Source: a virus
Strand: one strand, 5' to 3'
Virus genome (UHGV): UHGV-1361682
DNA: 47,597 nucleotides
This document shows, piece after piece, positions 40,332-47,597 of this stretch. Positions within the stretch are counted from its first letter, which is position 1. Every line of letters starts with the position of its first letter. The position numbers and the translations under genes were made by a program. The notes beneath the pieces were generated by a model that was not told the origin of the DNA, did no database searches, and saw only the letters and a program-made list of their open reading frames with translations.

Positions 40332-43300
40332 CGTAACCATCAATGCTGGGACAGACGACATCTGGTCCAGTGAAACACAAGCGAAGATTCGTGCCACCGA
40401 GACTGGGGACACGATTACCCTGGTTGGGAACTTCACCCTGCGGGATCAGTTCCAGATCATTGGTGGTGCCACCACACTGGACCTGACTGGCTGTAACATC
40501 GAGGTTGCCCCAGGGGAAGGCCAGACGGCCTGCCTGCTGCTGAGGAACACCGATGGCCAGCCCCGCAAGGAGACCCTGTGGGTCAAGGCCAAGGGATGTG
40601 AGATCACGTACAACCCCGGTGCTAAGGCTAACACGGCCACCGCTGTCCTGTACATCATCGACATCCCAAATGTCCGTGTGGATGGCCTTACCATCAAGGA
40701 CGTGGACAAGTGCAACGGTATCGTGGTCGAGGCACGGTCTGAGATCGTCAGCCCGGTGTTCACGAACTGCTCTGTGAAGTTCAAGGACGGCAGTGACTAC
40801 GCTCACTCTGAGCACGTGGCCTGGAGGTTCAAGTCGAAGCTGCTGTTTGCTTCGGGCACGGACAACCAGAACGACAGTACCCGTGCTGGCCGTATCGCAG
40901 GCCCATCAGGCCATGCTCAGGTGGAGTACCTGTACCTGACGAACTGCACAGCAGATGGTGGGTACTATGGCTTTGACCTGTCCGGTGTAGTCCGTGGACG
41001 CATCCTGAACTGTGTGGTCTCGAACAACATGCGTGGTATGTCCCTGCAGGACAAGACCTACGCTGTCTCGGTCGAGCACTGCCGGGTGTACGAGAACGAG
41101 TCGGCTGGTATCCACCTGGCCTACGGCTCTGAGTATTGCCTCATCGCCAACTGCCTGGTGTGGAGCACTCGTGCCACTGGTGAAGCCCTGATGCAAGCCT
41201 ATGTGGGCACGAAGTCCAATACCTTCCGGAACAATGCTGTGTTCAGCTCCGGGAACCCCACCCACGCCTTCCAGGGCGCTTTGGGCGAGTTCCTGTGGGT
41301 GGAGAACTGCACTGCCCGTGTAAGCTCCGTAGCACACGCTGTGGTGGCTTCTGAGGCCCAGTGGGACACCAATGTGAACGGTACGTGGCACTCGCGGTCC
41401 CGTGCAGCTTCGAACCAGAACGGGCTGAACCAGAACCTGGACAACTACGTCTCGGTGAAGAACAGCACCCTGCTTCTGGAGAGCGGTATCCCCCTGATGT
41501 CCGTGACCTCAGCCGTCCTGGCGGATGGCCCAGGGAAGGCTACCACGAAGTTCGACAATGCTACCCTGGCCCAGCCCGGGCTGAGTCAGCTTGTCCGTGT
41601 CCAAGCCAAGGATGGTCAGACTCTGCCCATGCCTGGTGGTATGCATGGTCCGATCCCCCAGGAAGCTGGTGGTTCGATGAACATCGTGGTGACTGGCCGG
41701 ACTGGGAACGACTTCGAGACTCGGGCTACCGGTCTGCATCGGTTCGGCTTCAAGCCTGTGGGTGGTGGGACTCCTGCACCTCAGCCTCCGACTCCCCAGC
41801 CTGGGCCGACACCTCAGCCGCAACCGCCTACACCGCAACCCCAGCCACCGACACCGCCAGACCCCGGCATCTCCGAGGAGTCTACCCTGGCAGGGCTCAA
41901 GGGTACAAACCTGGTGGCCGTCATCACCTACCCAGAGGAAGCTGGTATCCAGACCCGTCAGTGGGCAGACTGGGTTGCCTTCTTCGAGGTTACCGATGGC
42001 GAGGTCACGAAGTGGCCGGACAACATCACTGTTCCGCAGTGGAGTGGTTCCCGTGGGTTCCCTGCAGTGATCCTGCCGAAGAACGGCACCGTCAAGGCAG
42101 AGTGGAAGAACCTGACCCGTACCTTCGTCGAACTCGACGGCGGTCTTGGATACGTGGGCTCACACAGCACCATAAGTGGTGTCCAGTGGTACGCTCGTGG
42201 ACCTGGCATGAAGATCGCCAACCCGGCTATCGCCAAGGACCGTGCCACAGGCAAGGCTGTCGAGGTCACCGAGTCTCCGGTTACCCTGCCCAACACCGTC
42301 GGTAGTGTTGCCCCCTCGGGCTACGCTACATTCGTGTGGGTCAAGGACCTGGCTACCAAGACCTTCCAGTTTGTGGCCATCCGGAACGGTGAGGCTGTGC
42401 CTATCCCTGCTGGTGACTTCTTCACGAAGTCCATCACGTTCACCGATCCCAAGAACTTCCCGTGCATCGTCTGGGATGGCGATGGGTTCCCGAACGACTC
42501 TAAGCTGCGTGACATGGCCTACACCTGGGCTACGGTCCCGGTCGAGTTCAGTGGTCGTGTAGGCCCCCACAATGCTGGTGACAAGCTGAGTCTCGCCAAC
42601 CCTGCCCGTACGAAGCTGATGACCAGTGGCGGCACGACTGTGGACATCGTTGAGTCCTCGGTAACGGACTGGTTCCCGCAGGCACCTAGTGCCGGCGGTG
42701 GTAGCGGTAGCAGCGGAGGTTCTGGTGGTGGTGGTAACGTTCCGTCAAACCCTAGCGCTCGGGGGCGTGTAGCACGGGCTATCCGTGGTGTGGGCAAGGG
42801 GCATGAGCTGAATGGGGCTGTACCTATCCCATGGTTCACGGACACCGCAGGCCGTAACCTGCGGCCTGGCTCTCCCCAGCCTGGGGTGCATGCACAGGCG
42901 GACGGAGGCTCCACCCAGCTCGGGGGTGTTCAGAAGTTCTCGGACGTTACCGGTGGCTCTCTGTACAACCACAATGGGAAGTTCCTGTGGGGTGGTGCTC
43001 CGGTGAGCATGCGTGGTTCAGACAAGGTGCTTGACCTGTTCAACACCTGGTATGTGCTCCTGCCGTGCTATGGCTGGACCTACAACCCGAACACCCATGT
43101 CCACATCAGGGAAGCTCGTGTGTATGTCCTGCCGAAGGGTCAAACCCGTTGGGTGCTGGCTGCCAAGCAGACAGGCAGGGCCATTGGTAACTGGGCCAAT
43201 GACTTCCTGAACGACATGCACAGTGGCCAGTCCCCGTGGAGGATCGGTACGAACACCAATGAGTACGCAGACATCCTGTGCCCGACGGTGCCTCAGAACA

Positions 43301-43632
43301 TCACCCACGGTGGGTCCACAGACTTCCCGGGTTCTGACTACCTGAAGACTGGTAGCTGGGATGGTCTGCTGTACGAGGTGGATGCACGTCTGGCCCCGGG
43401 AACACCGAGCAATGCTAAGGTGGCCATCCAGGTCGGCCTCGACCGTAAGGCTACGGGTGTGGGCAAGGGTCCGGACGACTTCTTCCCCGGTGCGTACCTG
43501 TCCAACCTCAGACTGCTGTCCACTGAATGGCAGACGTTCTCGTGCGTCAACGCCGTCTCTGGCCAGGACTCCAACGCTGGTGGTAAGCAGGTGGACGATG
43601 CCCGTCTGCTGAACACAACCTTCCCCGACTGA
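40324..43632 (+). CDS. Tailspike-like receptor-binding protein (~1100 aa) with parallel beta-helix-like repeats, a Pro-rich PQPPTPQP linker, a Gly/Ser linker and C-terminal domain(s)
   Basis: Track ORF 40312..43632. There is no in-frame ATG or GTG near the 5' end. Candidate TTG starts are 40312 and 40324, the latter with GGAG 6 nt upstream. The start is uncertain. Repetitive NxV/CxV rungs (NCVVSNNMRGMS, EHCRVYENESAGI, ANCLVWSTRA) suggest a pectate-lyase-like beta-helix. Confidence 0.6.
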   Translation: MADVTINAGTDDIWSSETQAKIRATETGDTITLVGNFTLRDQFQIIGGATTLDLTGCNIEVAPGEGQTACLLLRNTDGQPRKETLWVKAKGCEITYNPGAKANTATAVLYIIDIPNVRVDGLTIKDVDKCNGIVVEARSEIVSPVFTNCSVKFKDGSDYAHSEHVAWRFKSKLLFASGTDNQNDSTRAGRIAGPSGHAQVEYLYLTNCTADGGYYGFDLSGVVRGRILNCVVSNNMRGMSLQDKTYAVSVEHCRVYENESAGIHLAYGSEYCLIANCLVWSTRATGEALMQAYVGTKSNTFRNNAVFSSGNPTHAFQGALGEFLWVENCTARVSSVAHAVVASEAQWDTNVNGTWHSRSRAASNQNGLNQNLDNYVSVKNSTLLLESGIPLMSVTSAVLADGPGKATTKFDNATLAQPGLSQLVRVQAKDGQTLPMPGGMHGPIPQEAGGSMNIVVTGRTGNDFETRATGLHRFGFKPVGGGTPAPQPPTPQPGPTPQPQPPTPQPQPPTPPDPGISEESTLAGLKGTNLVAVITYPEEAGIQTRQWADWVAFFEVTDGEVTKWPDNITVPQWSGSRGFPAVILPKNGTVKAEWKNLTRTFVELDGGLGYVGSHSTISGVQWYARGPGMKIANPAIAKDRATGKAVEVTESPVTLPNTVGSVAPSGYATFVWVKDLATKTFQFVAIRNGEAVPIPAGDFFTKSITFTDPKNFPCIVWDGDGFPNDSKLRDMAYTWATVPVEFSGRVGPHNAGDKLSLANPARTKLMTSGGTTVDIVESSVTDWFPQAPSAGGGSGSSGGSGGGGNVPSNPSARGRVARAIRGVGKGHELNGAVPIPWFTDTAGRNLRPGSPQPGVHAQADGGSTQLGGVQKFSDVTGGSLYNHNGKFLWGGAPVSMRGSDKVLDLFNTWYVLLPCYGWTYNPNTHVHIREARVYVLPKGQTRWVLAAKQTGRAIGNWANDFLNDMHSGQSPWRIGTNTNEYADILCPTVPQNITHGGSTDFPGSDYLKTGSWDGLLYEVDARLAPGTPSNAKVAIQVGLDRKATGVGKGPDDFFPGAYLSNLRLLSTEWQTFSCVNAVSGQDSNAGGKQVDDARLLNTTFPD
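41767..41876 (+). repeat. In-frame Pro-rich imperfect tandem repeats (PQPPTPQPGPTPQPQPPTPQPQPPTPPDPG) inside the tailspike gene
   Basis: Read directly from the nucleotide sequence (cctcagcc / ccgcaacc repeats) and the translation. Confidence 0.7.
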
Positions 43633-43643
43633 TAGGAGAAGCA

Positions 43644-43943
43644 ATGGAAGCATCCCTGCAGCAGCAGCTGCAGGATGCCCTCTGGAAAGTAGCCGAGCTG
43701 CAGGTCAAGTCCTTTCAGGACCGCCTGCAGCAGGATATGGCAGATGGCATCCCGACAGACGCTGCAACCCTCACAGCAATCACTTCTGCCCTGAAGCTCC
43801 ACGGAGTGCACCTGGGTGCTTCCCAGCCGGCTGTCGAAGACCCCGTATCGGATGTCCGCGGACAGCTGGATGAGCTGAAGGCCAGACTGGCACAGCGCAG
43901 ACAGTCCCTCACCGCTGAGACCGTGTCAAGGGTTCTGCAATGA
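43644..43943 (+). CDS. Terminase small subunit candidate, 99 aa
   Basis: AGGAG RBS is present. It is a small coiled-coil-like protein immediately upstream of, and overlapping (ATGA), the large terminase, as in phiKMV-like phages. Confidence 0.55.
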   Translation: MEASLQQQLQDALWKVAELQVKSFQDRLQQDMADGIPTDAATLTAITSALKLHGVHLGASQPAVEDPVSDVRGQLDELKARLAQRRQSLTAETVSRVLQ

Positions 43944-45709
43944 TTCGTTCTGAAGAAGAACGTCTGAGGATTGCCTTGGAGACATCCGAGGCATTCCCGG
44001 AGTTCCTGGACTTCGCATGGCTTGCTGCCGAGAAGTACATCCCCGGCTTCCATGTCATGTCTGCTGTGCAGGAGGACATGTGCCGGTACCTACAGTATGG
44101 CCCACAGAAGCGCATGCTTCAGGCCCAGCGTGGTGAAGGCAAGTCGTACATCACGGCATTCTATGTCGTGTGGAGACTGATCCAAGACCCGAAGGAGATC
44201 ATCCTGGTGATGTCCGCGGGTAAGGAGCTGGCTGAGCAGATGTCCCACCTGCTTACCCAGATGATCATGAGCTGGGACATCCTCGAATACATGGCCCCGT
44301 CGGCCAACGACGGTGACCGTACTGGGGTGAAGTCCTTCGACATCCACCGGATGCTGAAGGGTCTTAACAAGTCCCCCTCCATCTCTATCGTGTCATCCCG
44401 CACAGCTCTGCCTGGCCGTCGTGCCTCTGTGGTGCTGGCTGATGACGTGGAGTCGGATGAGAACGCCCTCACGGCTGCAACCCGTGAGAAGCTGTTGAAC
44501 AAGTGCCGTGAGCTGTCCCGCATCTGTACCCATGGGGATGTGATCTTCCTGGGCACGCCACAGACCAAGGACTCGATCTACAACTCCCTGGAGCGGATGG
44601 GGTACGATGTCCGTGTGTGGCCTGGTCGTTACCCTGCCCAGGGTGAGGACATCTACGGGTACAAGCTGGCCCCGATGATCCGCGAAGCCATGGACGCCGA
44701 TCCCAGTCTCCGGACAGGTGGTGGGATGTCTGGGCGGATGGGCAAGCCTACAGACCCGACTCGGTACACCGAGCAGGAGCTGCAGGACAAGGAGCTGGCA
44801 GATGGCCCAGAGCAGTTCGCTCTGAACTACCTGCTGGACACCAGCCTGTCGGATGAGATCCGTCTGCAGCTGAAGGTCCGTGATCTGATCGTTGGTGCCT
44901 ACCCCACAGACCATGTGCCGGATCAGCTGATCTGGAACAGGGACAACCAGAACCGTGTGCCTCTCGATCCGCTCTTCCCCCTGGTGGGGGTGGAGCTGTA
45001 CTACGGCATCCGGACTGGGGAGCGTTTCGAAGTGCCAAGCACCGTGTGGTGCACCATTGACCCATCGGGTGAGGGGGCTGACGAAACGGCCCTTACAGCC
45101 GCGTGTGCCGTGGGTGACAACATCCATATCCTCGGCATCGATGCGTTCCGTGGTGGGCTTTCTGAGGCCAACCAGGACCGTTTCCTGGGCTTCTTCAGGA
45201 AGTACAAGGTGACACACATCCGTGTGGAGTCCAACATGGGGCATGGCCTGTTCGAGCTTGGGCTCAGGAACCTGCTGAAAGGTACTGACCTGGCCCACCT
45301 GGCCAGCTGTGTCTCAGGTGACTACAGCACTGGTCAGAAGGAGCGTCGGATCATCAACACTATCCGGCCTGTCCTGGAACGGCACCGCCTCGTGATCCAT
45401 GAGGATGTGCTGAAGCAGGATGCCCAGTGCTGTATGGCATACGGTGTGGGTGAGCGAGCAAGCTTCAGCCTGTTCCACCAGATGTCGAACATCACCACAG
45501 ATAGAGAATCTCTATCCCACGATGACAGGCTGGACTCGCTGGCTATGGCTGTGCAGCTACTGGCCCCCGCCATCATGACAGACCCTCAAAAGCTTGCCGA
45601 AGAGCGGGAAGCGCAACAATGGAAGGAGTGGGTAGACTCCCTATTCAACCCCAAATGGAAAGACAAAGCACATTCTGGACTTGGTGGTCCTACACCGTGG
45701 GATCGATAA
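43940..45709 (+). CDS. Terminase large subunit, 589 aa (Walker A-like QRGEGKSY; nuclease domain)
   Basis: Size and the P-loop-like motif match the T7 gp19 family. Position is at the right end of the structural module. Confidence 0.8.
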   Translation: MIRSEEERLRIALETSEAFPEFLDFAWLAAEKYIPGFHVMSAVQEDMCRYLQYGPQKRMLQAQRGEGKSYITAFYVVWRLIQDPKEIILVMSAGKELAEQMSHLLTQMIMSWDILEYMAPSANDGDRTGVKSFDIHRMLKGLNKSPSISIVSSRTALPGRRASVVLADDVESDENALTAATREKLLNKCRELSRICTHGDVIFLGTPQTKDSIYNSLERMGYDVRVWPGRYPAQGEDIYGYKLAPMIREAMDADPSLRTGGGMSGRMGKPTDPTRYTEQELQDKELADGPEQFALNYLLDTSLSDEIRLQLKVRDLIVGAYPTDHVPDQLIWNRDNQNRVPLDPLFPLVGVELYYGIRTGERFEVPSTVWCTIDPSGEGADETALTAACAVGDNIHILGIDAFRGGLSEANQDRFLGFFRKYKVTHIRVESNMGHGLFELGLRNLLKGTDLAHLASCVSGDYSTGQKERRIINTIRPVLERHRLVIHEDVLKQDAQCCMAYGVGERASFSLFHQMSNITTDRESLSHDDRLDSLAMAVQLLAPAIMTDPQKLAEEREAQQWKEWVDSLFNPKWKDKAHSGLGGPTPWDR

Positions 45710-45732
45710 CGACCGTCATAGGAGCGATTGAC

Positions 45733-45876
45733 ATGCAGACTGTTGCCGTGGTCGTGGGTATCCTCGCTACCCTCGGCACATGGCTTGTGAACTGGTGGTA
45801 CAGAAGGAAGGAGGACCGAAGGGCAGCTGAGTCCCACGAGTGGGAACGTCAGGCCCGCTTCGGTCTGATGAAGTGA
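45733..45876 (+). CDS. Holin-like small membrane protein, 47 aa (one TM helix, charged C-terminus)
   Basis: In frame in track ORF 45619..45876. TAGGAG RBS is upstream of ATG 45733. It is the first gene of the lysis-like cluster after the terminase. Confidence 0.45.
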   Translation: MQTVAVVVGILATLGTWLVNWWYRRKEDRRAAESHEWERQARFGLMK

Positions 45877-46283
45877 TGGGAACATGGATACTGAGGCTGG
45901 CGGGCTTCGCTGTACCGAGGAAGTTGCTAGCCATCCTTGGCCTTGGGGCTGTGGTGGCCGTAGGAGCCTCCTACAGCCTCTACAAGGCTTCGGTGAACAC
46001 GGATAAGGTGATTGCCCTATCCAAAGCATTGGAACGCTCTGAGGCCCGTATAGGGGCTCTGGAAGGCATTGTGGCTGAACAGGCTGAGGTGCTGAAGCGT
46101 CATGCTCAGGTGAAGGAGAAGCAGAATGCTGCGCAGACCAAAGTACGGCAGGCTGCTGCTGGTTCTGGCCCTGTTGATCATGCCCGGGTGCAGCGTGCTG
46201 CAGAAGAGGCCCGTAGAGCCCTCAGGAGCCTCTCAGAGTCTCGGCAAGGTAGTTCCCCCACCCGTGTGTCTGGAACGCCCTGA
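45876..46283 (+). CDS. Rz-like inner-membrane spanin (i-spanin), 135 aa: N-terminal TM helix plus coiled-coil periplasmic domain
   Basis: In frame in track ORF 45840..46283. ATGA overlap with the previous stop. It has a TM segment followed by Ala/Glu/Lys/Arg-rich heptad-like sequence. Confidence 0.55.
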   Translation: MGTWILRLAGFAVPRKLLAILGLGAVVAVGASYSLYKASVNTDKVIALSKALERSEARIGALEGIVAEQAEVLKRHAQVKEKQNAAQTKVRQAAAGSGPVDHARVQRAAEEARRALRSLSESRQGSSPTRVSGTP

Positions 46284-46428
46284 AGGGCCTCCTGACGCGC
46301 CTGAGGGGGATCCTTGGGGATCTGCTCTGCAGTTCCTGCTGTGGGGGAATGAACAAGCGCTTGCCAGGGAGCTGTGCAGGCTGGAGATACAAAGGAGTCT
46401 AGATGGACCTGGGAACGCTGCCAAGTGA
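46126..46428 (+). CDS. Rz1-like outer-membrane lipoprotein spanin (o-spanin), 100 aa. It starts inside Rz in the +1 frame and extends beyond it (overlapped architecture).
   Basis: Lipoprotein-type signal MLRRPKYGRLLLVLALLIMPGC, then a Pro-rich mature region (PPPVCLERPEGPPDAPEGDP). A strong RBS, GAAGGAGAAG, is upstream. Confidence 0.55.
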   Translation: MLRRPKYGRLLLVLALLIMPGCSVLQKRPVEPSGASQSLGKVVPPPVCLERPEGPPDAPEGDPWGSALQFLLWGNEQALARELCRLEIQRSLDGPGNAAK

Positions 46429-47542
46429 TGACCCAAAGTACAAGAAGCGTGTGGGTAAGGGCTGGGTACAGATGCACGGCCTGTACAACCTTCGGATCGG
46501 AGCATCTGGGAACCAGGTGGCTGTACGGTTCCGGTCTGAGCTGACTGGGAACCTGCAGGCCATTGGGTTCTATGCCCAGTCGGGTAGTGGGTATGCCCTG
46601 GGGAATGGTGGGAGTGCCACCATCACGCTGAGGGGAGACGCTGGTGGGAAGCTGGGTACCATCCTGGGGACCAGCAACCACAGCTTCAAAGATGATGGAC
46701 ACTCAGCAGCGTCTGGGAAGGCCATCCAGACCCGTGTGAACCTGACTGGCCACATGATTGCTGGCCGGCACTACTGGGTGGTCTTCGAGAATGGGGACCC
46801 GGGGAACTACACGAGCTTCAACAATGCAGGCCTTCGGAAGGACATGGGATCCCAGCCTCATGTCTGGCAAGACCCTAACGACTGGTCTGTTTGGTACGGC
46901 CCGCTGAACAACCTCCAGAATTACAGCACTGGTGCGCATCCACAGCTGAAGGCTTACCCCATCCTGGCCCTGCACACCGATAAGGGCACCTTCGGGTACA
47001 CACCCATTGAGGGTGGTGCTGTGCAGAGGAATACCACCCGGAAGGGACCGCTGACATGCTACGAGGGGAAGAAGATCGCTCAGGTCTTCCACAACGTCAT
47101 GGGACAGCTGGAGGGGCTCTCCGTGGCCCTGGGACCGTCTGTTCAGGATCAGGTGTTCCGGATCACCATCAAGGGCGTCAACACCGTAGGCATGGAAGTC
47201 ACCTGCCTGTGGAAGGAACCACAGGAGCGTGAAGCCCTGACCACGAACTACTACGCCAGGGTCTACCCATGGTGGCACTGGTTCATGCCGTCCGCTGTCT
47301 TCGCCTCTGGGGATGTGACTGTCACCATCGAGTCTGATCAGATGTTTGGGTGCAACCCCATCCGCTGGGGTGGTCCATTCCAGTATGGTGGGAAGCCTGT
47401 CTACACCGCTGATGGGCAGGACACAGGCTATGCCATAGCCCTGATGCCCAATGGACAGTTCCTGCCTATCAACCACAATGCATGGCAGAGCAATGGGTCC
47501 AACAAGGAGTCTCAGTGGCCCATGACGCTTCACCTACGGTAA
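46403..47542 (+). CDS. Hypothetical protein, 379 aa, last gene of the genome (Gly/Asn/Trp-rich; function unknown; could be a structural, receptor-binding or lysis-associated protein)
   Basis: ORF track. AAAGGAG RBS is 5 nt upstream. It ends 2 nt before the right ITR. Confidence 0.55.
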   Translation: MDLGTLPSDDPKYKKRVGKGWVQMHGLYNLRIGASGNQVAVRFRSELTGNLQAIGFYAQSGSGYALGNGGSATITLRGDAGGKLGTILGTSNHSFKDDGHSAASGKAIQTRVNLTGHMIAGRHYWVVFENGDPGNYTSFNNAGLRKDMGSQPHVWQDPNDWSVWYGPLNNLQNYSTGAHPQLKAYPILALHTDKGTFGYTPIEGGAVQRNTTRKGPLTCYEGKKIAQVFHNVMGQLEGLSVALGPSVQDQVFRITIKGVNTVGMEVTCLWKEPQEREALTTNYYARVYPWWHWFMPSAVFASGDVTVTIESDQMFGCNPIRWGGPFQYGGKPVYTADGQDTGYAIALMPNGQFLPINHNAWQSNGSNKESQWPMTLHLR

Positions 47543-47543
47543 T

Positions 47544-47597
47544 GGTGGTCACACAGACCACACACCGGGTGGTCACACAGACCACACACCGGGTGGT
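47544..47597. repeat. Right inverted terminal repeat (reverse complement of 1-54)
   Basis: GGTGGTCACACAGACCACACACCGGGT x2 + GGT is the exact reverse complement of the left end. It begins 2 nt after the stop codon of the last gene. Confidence 0.9.

Noticed and set aside
45619-45732. Longer version of the holin-like ORF (track start 45619) overlapping the terminase C-terminus
   Set aside because: ATG 45733 has a TAGGAG RBS and gives a compact TM protein. The upstream extension overlaps the conserved terminase end in another frame.
1-47597. Protein-primed replication, or a prophage or integrative element, as the explanation for the inverted terminal repeats
   Set aside because: The DNA polymerase is family A (Pol I/T7-type), not a family-B protein-primed enzyme. 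No terminal-protein, integrase or protelomerase gene is present. The window is bounded by the repeats themselves, with no flanking host DNA.

Overview
The window appears to be the complete linear genome (47,597 bp, GC-rich) of a T7-supergroup podophage with phiKMV-type gene order. All convincing genes are on the + strand.

The genome is bounded by a perfect 54-bp inverted terminal repeat (1-54 and 47544-47597), each copy built from two tandem 24-mers. An array of about 8 GGATACCAC repeats follows the left terminal repeat.

Gene order, left to right:
- Early region (465-10835): host sigma70-type promoters with a conserved TTGACA-16-TACAAT / TGTACAATG core, and about 24 small hypothetical genes. 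These include a cluster of small membrane proteins, a signal-peptide secreted protein, and several highly acidic proteins. Many have CA-rich leaders.
- Replication module (10835-19672): zinc-binding/TOPRIM primase, DnaB/gp4-like helicase, a family-A DNA polymerase split into two ORFs by a 699-bp insertion carrying an HNH endonuclease, a 302-aa ORF with an acidic tail, T7 gene-6-like 5'-3' exonuclease, T4 endonuclease-VII-like resolvase, and a DEDD exonuclease with a C-terminal zinc ribbon.
- Single-subunit T7-like RNA polymerase (19672-22152), placed at the end of the replication module as in phiKMV-like phages. A hairpin terminator follows it.
- A roughly 900-bp noncoding region (22153-23065) with two tandem T7-promoter-like 22-mers, a third copy in front of the next gene, AAGGATAG repeats, a 13-bp perfect inverted repeat and a (TA)n tract. 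This is a candidate primary replication origin.
- Structural module: portal, scaffold, major capsid with a downstream UUCG-tetraloop terminator, tail tubular proteins A and B, three internal virion proteins (237, 931 and 1478 aa), a tail fibre with a T7 gp17-like N-terminus, and a 1.1-kb beta-helix tailspike-like protein with no ATG start.
- Terminase small and large subunits.
- Lysis-like cassette: a holin-like 47-aa protein and an overlapped Rz/Rz1 spanin pair. No recognisable endolysin was found.
- A terminal 379-aa ORF abutting the right terminal repeat.

No integrase, tRNA, CRISPR array or reverse transcriptase was found. Minus-strand ORFs are judged spurious.
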